Positions 50,242-60,576 of a stretch of DNA of 64,000 nt are shown in pieces. Position 1 is the first letter of the stretch. Each line of letters begins with the position of its first letter. Source of the DNA: Candidatus Moraniibacteriota bacterium (GTDB lineage: Bacteria; Patescibacteriota; Minisyncoccia; Moranbacterales; UBA1568); NCBI GenBank assembly GCA_016699875.1, contig CP064989.1, forward strand, positions 712,788 to 776,787, read 5' to 3'. The notes below the pieces were generated by a model, which ran no database searches, was not told the DNA's origin, and worked only from the letters and a program-made list of their open reading frames with translations. The translations under genes were made by a program, and so were the position numbers.

Positions 50242-51156
50242 ATGGCTGGGACACGTGAAATCAGGCGGCGGATCAAGAGTGTGAAAAACACGGGGAAGAT
50301 AACCCGTGCCATGGAAATGATCTCGTCGGTCAAAATGCGCAAGGCGGCGGCAAGTGTCGCGGCGCTCCGGCCGTATGCGAAGAGTGCGTGGGATGTGCTC
50401 TCTGTGGTATCGCGTGCGCGCGATGTGCGGGAATCAATGCCGCTTCTTGAAGAGCGCTCGGTGAGGAGACAGCTTTTCGTCGTGGTGACATCGAATCGCG
50501 GTTTGTGCGGATCGTTCAATACGCAGGTGTTTCGCCAGCTTCGGGCGGAAATAGCCTTGACTCGGGAGCGTTATGCGGGAGCGGGGATCGATTTTGTGTC
50601 GCTTGGGCGGAAGGGTGACGCGGGGTTGAAATTTCTGAACGGAGAGATTGTCGCGTCTTTTCCGGAGGTGATCGCGGATCCGTCCGCTTCGGAAATCCGT
50701 TCGATCACGAAGTTTCTCTTTGAAGGATTTGAATCCGAACGATGGGATCGCGTTTCACTGGTGTATACCGACTTTGTTTCGGCGCTTGTGCAAACGGTGC
50801 GTGTCCATCAGGTGTTGCCGCTCTTCGAGCGTGACGCCGAGGAGCAGATCGCCGAGATGGGCGGTGAGGAACCGACTGGAGCGGCGGATGTTCTTAAAGC
50901 CGAGTATGCGATAGAGCCGGCGCCTGAGTCAGTGCTTCACGCACTTCTCTTCCGCTTGGTTGAGATGCAGGTGCTTCATGCCGTACTGGAGTCGAACGCT
51001 TCGCAAGAAGCGGCGCGCATGACCGCGATGCGCAATGCGAGCGACGCCGCAAAGGATATGACTGAGAGCTTCACACTTCTCTACAACCAACTCCGCCAGG
51101 CAAAAGTGACGCAAGAAATCGCCGAACTCTCGGCGGGTATGGCGGCAGTGTCATAG
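50242..51156 (+). CDS. atpG: F0F1 ATP synthase subunit gamma
   Basis: N-terminal EIRRRIKSVKNTGKITRAMEMISSVKMRKA and C-terminal KVTQEIAELSAGMAAV helices typical of gamma. Confidence 0.9.
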   Translation: MAGTREIRRRIKSVKNTGKITRAMEMISSVKMRKAAASVAALRPYAKSAWDVLSVVSRARDVRESMPLLEERSVRRQLFVVVTSNRGLCGSFNTQVFRQLRAEIALTRERYAGAGIDFVSLGRKGDAGLKFLNGEIVASFPEVIADPSASEIRSITKFLFEGFESERWDRVSLVYTDFVSALVQTVRVHQVLPLFERDAEEQIAEMGGEEPTGAADVLKAEYAIEPAPESVLHALLFRLVEMQVLHAVLESNASQEAARMTAMRNASDAAKDMTESFTLLYNQLRQAKVTQEIAELSAGMAAVS

Positions 51157-51366
51157 ATGGGAAAGAAGGAGAGGGAGAAGAAATTGGGAATAAATTGGTG
51201 GAGAGGTGTGAGAGAAATATACTTTCAAAGGTTGACTCAAAACCATCATTCGGGATTTTAGGAGAGCTTTCTGAAATTTCGAACCGTTGTTTTGAGAATC
51301 TGGGGAAAGTAAAAACCCCATCAATTTGAATGATGAGGTTTCTTTCGGAGCGTGTGTGTCTGGTGT

Positions 51367-51729
51367 CTACCAGACCGACATGTGCCACAACTTGTAAATG
51401 CCGTAAGTTACGACACCTATTCCCACAAGGAGCGCTGCATGGGTTGCGAATACGGCTACATACCCTAGCCACGCCTTTAGAAGGACAGGTAGGAAATATT
51501 CTAGACGATCTTCTTGGAAGCTGAGTCGTACTTTTTCGGTGGGAGTTTCACCTGATAGGCTATCCTTGTTGTAGAAAAAGTTCCAGTTATGGTCTTTTGA
51601 CCACGTAAAAAGTCGCAGGAGTATTCCCATGAGCAGTATACTGATTGACACTAGTATGAGCGATATTAGCGTCAAAATAGCATATGATGGTAGTTCATTT
51701 ACTACTACGACTTCGATCATCTCAATCAT
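51367..51729 (-). CDS. Hypothetical 2-TM membrane protein encoded antisense within the atp operon, between atpG and atpD
   Basis: 120 aa with two clear hydrophobic helices (AILTLISLILVSISILLMGILLRLF and LGYVAVFATHAALLVGIGVVTYGI). The overlapping plus-strand ORF is not protein-like. It is flanked by unusually long (150-210 bp) non-coding spacers. Confidence 0.45.
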   Translation of the reverse strand: MIEMIEVVVVNELPSYAILTLISLILVSISILLMGILLRLFTWSKDHNWNFFYNKDSLSGETPTEKVRLSFQEDRLEYFLPVLLKAWLGYVAVFATHAALLVGIGVVTYGIYKLWHMSVW

Positions 51730-51845
51730 CTCGGTACTCCTTTCTTGGGGCTGTAGTTGAAAGCAGGGTTGTTCAAGAGCGATTTGTATTTATAGCATGT
51801 TACAAAAAGTTTGTCAATATACATTGATTGTTTATACTCATTTAA

Positions 51846-53258
<1,413 letters not shown>

Positions 53259-53263
53259 TTATT

Positions 53264-53710
53264 ATGACATCTTTTACCCTTTCACTCGTGACGCCGGAAC
53301 GGAAACTGCTTGAAGAAGCGGTGGCGCAAGTGACGCTGCCGACGGAAACGGGCGAGGTGACGATATTGCCGGATCATATTCCATATATCGCAACGCTCAA
53401 GCCGGGTGAGGCTCGCGTTGAGACGGCGCGTGGCGAGGTGCAGAGCTTCGCAGTCTTAGGTGGATTCGTCGAGTTTCATGACAACAAGCTCTCGGTTCTG
53501 GCGGATGCAGCGGAGCGAGCGGATGAGATCGATGTGGAACGGGCGGAGCGCGCCGAAGAGCGTGCACGGGAACTTCGCGAGAAGCACATCGATGTATCTG
53601 CCGAGGAACATGAAATGCATGTTGCAGCGCTTGAGCGCGCGTGGGCGCGGCTTCATGTTGGGAAGAAACACCGAAGCCACCGCGATTCGAATCCGGAGAC
53701 AGCTATGTAA
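53264..53710 (+). CDS. atpC: F0F1 ATP synthase subunit epsilon
   Basis: N-terminal beta-sandwich (LSLVTPERKLLEEAVAQVTLPTETGEVTILPDHIPYI) and a C-terminal helical hairpin. 148 aa. Confidence 0.9.
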   Translation: MTSFTLSLVTPERKLLEEAVAQVTLPTETGEVTILPDHIPYIATLKPGEARVETARGEVQSFAVLGGFVEFHDNKLSVLADAAERADEIDVERAERAEERARELREKHIDVSAEEHEMHVAALERAWARLHVGKKHRSHRDSNPETAM

Positions 53711-53726
53711 AACCTCTGCGTATCTT

Positions 53727-53768
53727 GAAATTCCCGTCTGCGAAATGCGCGGGAATTTTCTTTGTTAC
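53727..53768 (+). terminator. Rho-independent terminator of the atp operon
   Basis: AAATTCCCG-tctgcgaaatgcg-CGGGAATTT hairpin followed by TTCTTTGTT. Confidence 0.6.
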
Positions 53769-53811
53769 TCTCCCGGGTGTATACTTGAGAAGTACATCCT
53801 AAATAATATCT

Positions 53812-54918
53812 ATGAATCAAGAGGTTTTTGTGAAAATAACCCGATGGTTAGCGTATGCGGCGATTGGGGTATTGTTGGTTGCAATATTCATTGTCTTTTT
53901 CGGGAAGGGAATCAACCGCGGAACGTCGTACCAACAGAATGGGCTGGGAGTTTCCGGCGAGGCATCGTCTTGGCGGGGGATGAGCAATATGATGGGGGGA
54001 GATGCTGATGAATCTGGGGTTACGACAGAATCGTCGGTTCCGGTTGCGGCAGATGCGGCTGGATCGGGGTATGCCGGGAAAATGATGGCAGCGGGAAACC
54101 CCGACTTCTCGACGGTCGCGCCGGATATGATGGAGGGGAATAGTGCTGTAGCTGAAACGGAAAAACGCGTGGTGCGGAACGGAGATCTATCAATTCGCGT
54201 CGAAGACGCCGAATGGTCAGCGGACGAAATCGATCGCATCGCGACGCGGCTCGGCGGGTTTACGGCATCTCGGTCGATCAGTAGCAGCATGCCGGGGTAT
54301 CCGATGCCGATGGTGCAGGATGAATCAATGGGATACGGTATTTAAAAACAGTCGTCGAACGCTCCGCAAACCGGAGTGGTGACAATCAAAATTCCTTCTG
54401 ACAAGTTTGCCGAAGCAAATGCGGCGATTCGTAGCATCGCGAGTGTTGTATTGAATGAATCGTCGTCGGCGAGCGATGTGACAGCACAGTTTGCCGATCT
54501 TGAGGCACGTATCAAGAATAAGTATGCCGAGGAAGAAGCGTTTACCAAGATTCTTAATACGACATCGGGGAAGGTGGCGGATATTTTGCAGGTGACGCGC
54601 GAGCTTTCACGGGTTCGCAGTGAGATCGAACAGCTCGAAACACAGAAAAAGTATATGGAGTCGCAGACCGACATGGCGTCGATCTCGGTTTCTCTGAGTG
54701 AAGATGTGAAGGTGGGCACGACGACAAATTCCTGGCGGCCATGGCAAACCGTGAAGTCGGCTGTGAATGCTCTGATCTCCCAATGTCGAAATTTCATCGA
54801 CGGCGCGATCTATTTCGTGGTCTCGGTGGTTCCGGTGTTTCTGCTGTACCTTTTGGGAGTGTACGTGGTATACAAAGCTGGGAAAGGAATATATCGGAGA
54901 TTGTATCCAAGAGTTTAG
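53812..54918 (+). CDS. DUF4349-family membrane-anchored protein interrupted by an in-frame TAA (54343-54345). The track shows two same-frame ORFs, 53812..54345 and 54376..54918.
   Basis: N-terminal TM (LAYAAIGVLLVAIFIVFF). The DUF4349 core begins KRVVRNGDLSIRVEDAEWSADEIDRIATRLGGF before the stop and continues VTIKIPSDKFAEA...SSSASDVTAQFADLEARIKNK...LSRVRSEIEQLETQKKYMESQTDMASISVSL after it. A C-terminal TM follows. Both parts are in the same frame. Confidence 0.6.
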
Positions 54919-54957
54919 TTCATTGGCACGTTTTTTGACGGTAGGTAAAACTGTGGA

Positions 54958-55428
54958 GTGTTCAAGATGCCAAGTTCGTTCTCCGTTTATTTGCGGCGAG
55001 GCAATGCCTTGTTCGTGTTGTTGTTCTTACTGGCAGACAAGAATATAGGGCTTCTCAAGGATGCCTATGTGCAAGGAGATGCGCACATATTCATTCGCCA
55101 ATGTAGATCTTTCAGATGTCCAATTGTGGATCCATGGGCTGCAAACATCCTTGCAGTCGCTTTGCTTGTCGGGTTGGACGGAATATCCGATGAGAACGAT
55201 GAGGAGGCAATTTCTTTATTGCGCAAAGTAACATCTATCGGGGGTTGTCCATCGGCATGGCATTCTCTCGGAGTGTGTTACTTGCACGGTATAGGGATGT
55301 CTCCGGATAGAAACGAAGCAACGCGGTGTTTCTTGGAGGGGGCAAAACGAGGATGCCTTCTTTGCCGTAGTAACTTTCACGATATCCCACTCCCGCATAA
55401 TTCAGGGAAGGTGATATCTCAACTGTAG
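54958..55428 (+). CDS. Sel1-like repeat (TPR-like) protein
   Basis: [33 protein letters not shown] fits the Sel1 repeat consensus. N-terminal hydrophobic segment. Confidence 0.5.
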   Translation: MFKMPSSFSVYLRRGNALFVLLFLLADKNIGLLKDAYVQGDAHIFIRQCRSFRCPIVDPWAANILAVALLVGLDGISDENDEEAISLLRKVTSIGGCPSAWHSLGVCYLHGIGMSPDRNEATRCFLEGAKRGCLLCRSNFHDIPLPHNSGKVISQL

Positions 55429-55526
55429 TGAAAGGAGCTGTGTCAGTTTTGGCCAGCTCCTCATTTATTATCTTGAAAAACCCCCTTCTTCGGGCTAGGA
55501 TGGAGCTACTTGTTAAACTGTGGCCT

Positions 55527-58500
55527 ATGAAACATGCTTCATATGATCCGAAAGAAATAGAGCCGAAGTGGCAGAAATATTGGGAGGAGCAGGGGCTTTT
55601 TCATGCGAAGACCGGATCGAAAAAGAAGAAATTTTACGGGTTGGTCGAGTTTCCATACCCGTCTGGAGACGGGCTTCATACCGGGCATGTGCGCGGGTAT
55701 ACGGCGATGGATGTGATCGCACGGAAGCGGCGGCACGAAGGATTTGAAGTACTTTATCCGATCGGATGGGATGCGTTTGGACTCCCGACCGAGAATTTTG
55801 CTATCAAGCACGGCGTGCGTCCGGAAGTGGTGACGAAGAAAAACACGGATAATTTCCGGCGACAGATGCAGTCGCTCGGGTTTTCGTTTGACTGGTCGCG
55901 GGAAATAAATACGACCGATCCAGAATACTATAAGTGGACGCAGTGGATATTTCTTCAGCTTTTCAAAAAAGGGTTGGCATATAAACAGAAAATGGAAATC
56001 AACTGGTGTCCGTCATGCAAGATCGGTCTTGCGAATGAAGAAGCGCAGGGCGGCGTGTGCGAACGGTGTGGTGGTCCAACGGAAAAAAAAGAGAAAGAGC
56101 AGTGGATGTTGGCGATTACAAAATACGCCGATCGGTTGGACAAGGATTTGGACAGTGTTAACTATCTCGACAAGATAAAAGTTCAACAAAGAAACTGGAT
56201 CGGGAGGTCGGAGGGAGCGCTGGTGAAATTTAAAATTTCTTCCTCCTCCCACCCTCATCAAGATGAGAGTTCTTCTCGGTTAGAGGATCGGGAACGATAT
56301 ATCGAGGTATTCACGACGCGAGTGGATACGATTTTCGGGTGCACATATGTGGTGGTGGCGCCGGAGCACCACATTATTGCACATCTTTTGCAATGTCATT
56401 CCCGCGAAGGCGGGAATCCAGGCTCTGCGAACATTCTGGATCCCCGGGTCAAGCCCGAGGATGACAGCTTACTTTTGGTTGAGAATGCAGAGAAGATTCG
56501 AGAGTATATAGAAGAGGTGAAAAAGAAATCCGAGGAAGATCGGCTCGATGCGACGAAAGAAAAAACCGGCGTAAAGCTCGAAGGGATTGAGGCAGTGAAT
56601 CCGTTTACCGGTGAAAGTGTGCCGGTATTCGTTGCTGACTATGTATTGGGAAATTATGGCACGGGTGCGGTGATGGCAGTCCCGGCGCATGACGAACGGG
56701 ATTGGGAATTTGCGAAGAAGTACCGACTTCCCTTGAAATCGGTAGTTATTCCGAGTGTTGTAAATCAGAAGAATCTCCCGGTTCCAGGAAAATCAGTCGT
56801 GTTTCGAGAGACTATCAGTGCCATCGTGTATGACCCGAAGAAAAATAAGTATCTTGCTCTGAAGTGGAAAAAAAATGATTGGACTACATTCGTGATTGGC
56901 GGGGTGGAACAAGGGGAGGATGTTATTGATGCGGCAAAGCGAGAAGTTCGAGAGGAAACAGGCTATACCGATCTCAAATATATTCGGACTTTGGGCGGAC
57001 CGGTAGAGGCGAAATATTTCGTGTCACATAAAGACGAAAATCGCATGGCACATATACATGCCGTGTTGTTTGAATTGGAGAGTGAAGACAGAATATCTGT
57101 TTCAGAAGAGGAGAAAGAAAAACATCCGACAATATGGATTGAGGAATCGTCTCTTAGTCCGGATGTAATGTTTGATGTCGATGCTCCATTCTGGTTTGCT
57201 CGCCTAAAGTCTGAGGAAAATGAGGTTGTTACTGAAAGCGGCGTCCTCATTGAATCTGGAGAATTCTCCGGTCTGAAATCCGAAGAAGCGCGGGAGAAAA
57301 TGATCCAATGGCTGGAGGAAAAAGGACTCGGGAAGAAGCAGACGAATTACAAACTTCGAGACTGGGTATTTTCTCGGCAGCGATATTGGGGCGAGCCGAT
57401 TCCCTTGGTGAAATGTGATGCGTGCGGATGGGTACCGGTTTCCGAAGACGAGCTTCCTGTCGAATTGCCAAGAGTCGAGTCGTATACACCGACGGACACG
57501 GGGGAGTCGCCCCTCTCGGCGATGGAGGAATGGGTCGCGACGAAGTGTCCGAAGTGCGGCGGACCGGCACAGCGCGAGACGGACACGATGCCTAACTGGG
57601 CGGGATCGAGCTGGTACTTTCTTCGATACGCCGATCCGGAAAATACGAAAGCACTTGCATCAAAGAGCGCGCTCGAATATTGGACGCCCGTCGATTGGTA
57701 CAATGGCGGCATGGAGCACACGACGCTTCACCTCTTGTATTCTCGTTTTTGGCACAAGTTTCTCTATGATATCGGCGTAGTGCCGACCTCCGAGCCGTAT
57801 CAGAAGCGCACCTCGCATGGGCTTATCCTTGCCGAGGGCGGCGTCAAGATGAGCAAGTCGAAAGGGAATGTGGTGAATCCGGATGATATTGTGCGGCGGT
57901 TCGGCGCGGATACGCTTCGGGTGTACGAAATGTTCATGGGACCATTCGATCAAAATGTCGCCTGGAGTACGGAGAGTATTGCCGGGTCAAGACGGTTTTT
58001 GGAGAAAGTGTGGAAATTGGGTATTGGAATGAAGAATCAGGAAACGGGAAGAAAGAAGGAAGATGCTCACGCGGGAAATGTTTCCGTGAAAACTCTGCTG
58101 CATAAAACGATCAAAAAAGTGTCTGAGGATATCGAGGCGATGCGGTTTAATACGGCGATTAGCGCGCTCATGATTTTGGTGAATGAGATGGAGAAAACAG
58201 AGTCGATGTCGCGAGAAGATTTTGAAACGCTGCTCGTATTACTTTCTCCGTTTGCACCGCATGTTGCGGAAGAGCTCTGGAGTCTTGTCGGGAATGCGGG
58301 GTCAATTCTCTCGACCAAGTGGCCGGAAGCAAACCCGAAGTATCTCGTGGCAGATGAAGTGGAAGTGGTAGTGCAAGTCAACGGAAAACTTCGCGCGCGG
58401 CTTCGTATTGTCTCCGGATCGACGAGAGAAGAAGTGGAGAGCGCGGCACGTGCTGATCTTCTTGTGTCGAAGCATCTCGATGGAAAAGAAGTTCGAAAGA

Positions 58501-58544
58501 CCGTCTTTGTCCAAGACCGCCTGGTGAATTTCGTGGTGGGTTGA
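55527..58544 (+). CDS. leuS: Leucyl-tRNA synthetase carrying (i) a 24-aa insertion in the editing domain encoded by a repeat element and (ii) an embedded Nudix hydrolase domain
   Basis: HIGH-type HTGH, KMSKS (VKMSKSKGN), the LeuRS zinc knuckle ([12 protein letters not shown]...CERCGG), editing-domain markers ([19 protein letters not shown] ... [22 protein letters not shown]) and the C-terminal [11 protein letters not shown] domain. The track ORF starts at 55428; [21 protein letters not shown] at 55527 is the typical LeuRS start. Confidence 0.95.
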   Translation: MKHASYDPKEIEPKWQKYWEEQGLFHAKTGSKKKKFYGLVEFPYPSGDGLHTGHVRGYTAMDVIARKRRHEGFEVLYPIGWDAFGLPTENFAIKHGVRPEVVTKKNTDNFRRQMQSLGFSFDWSREINTTDPEYYKWTQWIFLQLFKKGLAYKQKMEINWCPSCKIGLANEEAQGGVCERCGGPTEKKEKEQWMLAITKYADRLDKDLDSVNYLDKIKVQQRNWIGRSEGALVKFKISSSSHPHQDESSSRLEDRERYIEVFTTRVDTIFGCTYVVVAPEHHIIAHLLQCHSREGGNPGSANILDPRVKPEDDSLLLVENAEKIREYIEEVKKKSEEDRLDATKEKTGVKLEGIEAVNPFTGESVPVFVADYVLGNYGTGAVMAVPAHDERDWEFAKKYRLPLKSVVIPSVVNQKNLPVPGKSVVFRETISAIVYDPKKNKYLALKWKKNDWTTFVIGGVEQGEDVIDAAKREVREETGYTDLKYIRTLGGPVEAKYFVSHKDENRMAHIHAVLFELESEDRISVSEEEKEKHPTIWIEESSLSPDVMFDVDAPFWFARLKSEENEVVTESGVLIESGEFSGLKSEEAREKMIQWLEEKGLGKKQTNYKLRDWVFSRQRYWGEPIPLVKCDACGWVPVSEDELPVELPRVESYTPTDTGESPLSAMEEWVATKCPKCGGPAQRETDTMPNWAGSSWYFLRYADPENTKALASKSALEYWTPVDWYNGGMEHTTLHLLYSRFWHKFLYDIGVVPTSEPYQKRTSHGLILAEGGVKMSKSKGNVVNPDDIVRRFGADTLRVYEMFMGPFDQNVAWSTESIAGSRRFLEKVWKLGIGMKNQETGRKKEDAHAGNVSVKTLLHKTIKKVSEDIEAMRFNTAISALMILVNEMEKTESMSREDFETLLVLLSPFAPHVAEELWSLVGNAGSILSTKWPEANPKYLVADEVEVVVQVNGKLRARLRIVSGSTREEVESAARADLLVSKHLDGKEVRKTVFVQDRLVNFVVG
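56395..56467 (+). repeat. ~72-bp copy of the hairpin repeat element inserted in-frame in the leuS editing domain
   Basis: GTCATTCCCGCGAAGGCGGGAATCCAGG...CTGGATCCCCGGGTCAAGCCCGAGGATGACAG. Its ends are homologous to the atp-operon element at 50090-50218, including compensatory stem changes. It is translated as [25 protein letters not shown]. Confidence 0.55.
56755..57235 (+). other. Nudix hydrolase domain embedded in LeuRS, between the editing domain and the return to the catalytic core
   Basis: [51 protein letters not shown] contains a complete Nudix box (G-x5-E-x7-R-E-U-x-E-E-x-G-U). E. coli LeuRS has ~25 aa at this position versus ~165 aa here. Confidence 0.7.
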
Positions 58545-59039
58545 AGTTGACAGGCGTCCGGGAATTTGGCTAGGATAGCGGTGAGCTTTGCGAAACCGCA
58601 AGGCGGGGCAGTTGATTTACCAATTTGTTGAGGAGATTCGAGATGATCAAGAAACCAGTCATTTTCCCGATTGATGGACAAACGACATATACGAATGTGA
58701 TAGATTCGTTTTTCAATCTATTCCAACATGATGCGGCAAGAGAAATGGTTGGGATGGTTAAGTTTAACGATGCGTTGCACATCTCTCCTGGTGGAGGCAA
58801 GGAACTTATCACTGGAATTCGAGATGTTTCGAGAGAGAATGGATGGAGTATGGCGGAAATTTTCCTTGATCTGAAATTATTCGATGTCTCGGGGACGATT
58901 AGTAATATGCTAAAACAGTATGCTGAAATGTCCCCAGCAGTTATTACGGTGTCATCGGAGGTTTCATGCCAATCGCTCCTTAGAACCTGTTTACAATCTT
59001 CTGGTACACTGAGGACATAATCCTCAAACCAAAAGAACC

Positions 59040-59486
59040 ATGTATCCAAGCGACATAACCCGAGAACAATTCGAACACATCAGACCATTTCTCGAATCAA
59101 CCAGGAAGAGAACCAAACCAAAGACACTTGATTCCTATGACGTATTCAACGCTCTGCTCTACATTCTGGTCACGGGTTGCCAATGGAGGGCACTTCCCAA
59201 GGATTATCCAAAATGGCAGAGTGTCTATCGACACTTCCTTGTCTGGAAGGAACGAAAAAACAAACAGACAGAGAGTATGCTTGAGCAAGTCTTAAAAAAA
59301 TTGGTCGAACAAGAACGTATGAAAAATGGCAAACAATGCAAAACCAGTTTCTGCATCGTTGATGCTCAAAGTGTCAAGAATACAGATACGGCTCGAGAAA
59401 AAGGTTATGATGCAGGAAAAAAGTTTCCGGTATCAAGCGACATATTCTCGTTGACACCAACGGATTGCCGCATGCGTTCACGGTAA
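59040..59486 (+). CDS. IS5-family transposase OrfA (N-terminal HTH / DUF4096-like part)
   Basis: YDVFNALLYILVTGCQWRALPKDYPKWQSVYRHFLVWKE is typical of IS5/IS1031 transposase N-termini. Slippery heptamer A-AAA-AAG at ~59419-59425. Confidence 0.8.
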   Translation: MYPSDITREQFEHIRPFLESTRKRTKPKTLDSYDVFNALLYILVTGCQWRALPKDYPKWQSVYRHFLVWKERKNKQTESMLEQVLKKLVEQERMKNGKQCKTSFCIVDAQSVKNTDTAREKGYDAGKKFPVSSDIFSLTPTDCRMRSR

Positions 59487-59821
59487 CCACTGCTAACGTC
59501 ACTGATCGAAATGGAGCTATCCAAGCCGTCAAGGCAAACAAAAAACACCTTTCACGGGTGGAGAAACTCTTGACTGATGGTAGTTATACCGGAGAAAACT
59601 TCGCCAAAGCGATCAAAGCATGTATCGGTGCGGAAGTGGGAGTAGCTAAACGAAACGAATTGCATACGTTTGCCGTTCTTCCTCAGCGCTGGGTGGTCGA
59701 GAGAAGCTTCTCCTGGCTGGAGAAATGCCGAAGGCTCTGGAAGAATTGCGAACGGACACTGGATTCGAGCTTACAGATGATGGTTTTAAGTTTTGCTCGA
59801 TTGTTGTTGAAAAGATTGTAA
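59420..59821 (+). CDS. IS5-family transposase OrfB (DDE catalytic part), probably expressed as an OrfAB fusion by -1 frameshifting
   Basis: The -1 frame continues KVSGIKRHILVDTNGLPHAFTVTTANVTDRN...LTDGSYTGENF...PQRWVVERSFSWLEKCRRL (DDE_Tnp_1-like). The track ORF is 59465..59821. Confidence 0.75.
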   Translation, partial: KVSGIKRHILVDTNGLPHAFTVTTANVTDRNGAIQAVKANKKHLSRVEKLLTDGSYTGENFAKAIKACIGAEVGVAKRNELHTFAVLPQRWVVERSFSWLEKCRRLWKNCERTLDSSLQMMVLSFARLLLKRL

Positions 59822-60482
59822 ACAGGTTCTTAGGATACGTGAAATATTTCCGAGTGCACTCATTGCCTTGGTTGGAGCTCTTACGGATATCTCGGAGGAT
59901 GAATTCAGGAGGAAGCATGGAATGACTCCTGCAGAATATATCGCAGAAATGCTCCTGTTCTTCGAAGATGAAATTGGTGAGGAGAATCCGATAGGTGCTT
60001 TTGTATGTAGTCCGCTCGAAGTACGGTGTCTCAAGGATGAATTTGGTGACCGATTCAAGGCAATTGTCCCCGGAGTTCGGAGTTTATTCATGGAGCCGGA
60101 TCATCAGAAACGGGTGGCGAGTCCATACGACGCACTTCTGGCTGGTGCGGAATATTTGGTTATCGGTTCGCAGCTCAAGGAGGGTTTGAAAGCGGGGCTT
60201 TTTCAGGAAGATCGGGTGAATCGCACGAACGCAGAGATTAAACGTGCTTATACGCAGCTTGTTCACTGATAGCTAGCGAGTTTTAGGTGTCGAGAGAGCA
60301 TCAGAGACACTCTCTCACTTTCTAAAGTGGAGGAAATAGCTGGTACCCCGGTTCATGCGGTCTCAACATGTTCCGGACTTTTGCAGATGTTGGATGACCT
60401 CGGAATGAATCGAGAGGCAGATGCAATTCGATCATATCGAGAACAATATGGATTCTTCTAAAAGACGAAAAAGCCTGTTTAT

Positions 60483-60518
60483 CGGGACAGTCATCAAGCG
60501 CTGCCCCGATTTTTTTTG
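60483..60518 (+). terminator. Rho-independent terminator-like hairpin plus T8, 215 nt downstream of pyrF with no long ORF in between
   Basis: CGGGACAG-tcatcaagcg-CTGCCCCG followed by ATTTTTTTTG. Confidence 0.45.
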
Positions 60519-60576
60519 TGACGGGAGCGGTAATATGTGATACCATTTGACAAGTATTTTTCTTTTTTTCTCGCAT

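Larger units (their letters stand above)
58983..59829 (+). mobile_element. IS5-family (IS1031-group-like) insertion sequence, 847 bp, with ~22-bp terminal inverted repeats and a 3-bp TTA target-site duplication
   Basis: Left end GAACCTGTTTACAATCTT; right end AAGATTGTAAACAGGTTC. TTA lies at 58980-58982 and again at 59830-59832. It encodes an orfA/orfB transposase. Confidence 0.8.
58643..60269 (+). pseudogene. pyrF: Orotidine-5'-phosphate decarboxylase gene disrupted by an IS insertion (N-terminal part 58643..58982, C-terminal part 59830..60269)
   Basis: The N-terminal part MIKKPVIFPIDG...IFLDLKLFDVSGTISNML carries the catalytic DxKxxD region. The C-terminal part ...KAIVPGVRSLFMEPDHQKRVASPYDALLAGAEYLVIGSQL carries the PG-R...GDDQKRV...G-D-VVGR motifs. 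Removing the IS plus one TTA copy restores one continuous ~253-aa frame. Confidence 0.75.

Noticed and set aside
53812-54918. Alternative genetic code (stop-codon reassignment) as the explanation for the in-frame TAA
   Set aside because: TAA, TAG and TGA all terminate long well-conserved genes elsewhere in the window (atpA TGA, recQ TAG, atpC TAA). A single in-frame TAA is better explained by mutation or error.
56755-57235. Nudix segment in leuS as a mobile-element or intein-type insertion
   Set aside because: No flanking direct or inverted repeats and no intein splice motifs (no Cys/Ser...HN-Cys boundaries). The segment is in-frame and has Nudix-box chemistry, so it is treated as a fused domain.
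58553-58615. Possible third, degenerate copy of the hairpin repeat element between leuS and pyrF (CGTCCGGGAATTTGG ... CCGCAAGGCGGGGCAG)
   Set aside because: Only short fragments of the 5' and 3' modules are recognisable, and there is no GGATGAC terminus. The similarity is too weak to call without a statistical search.
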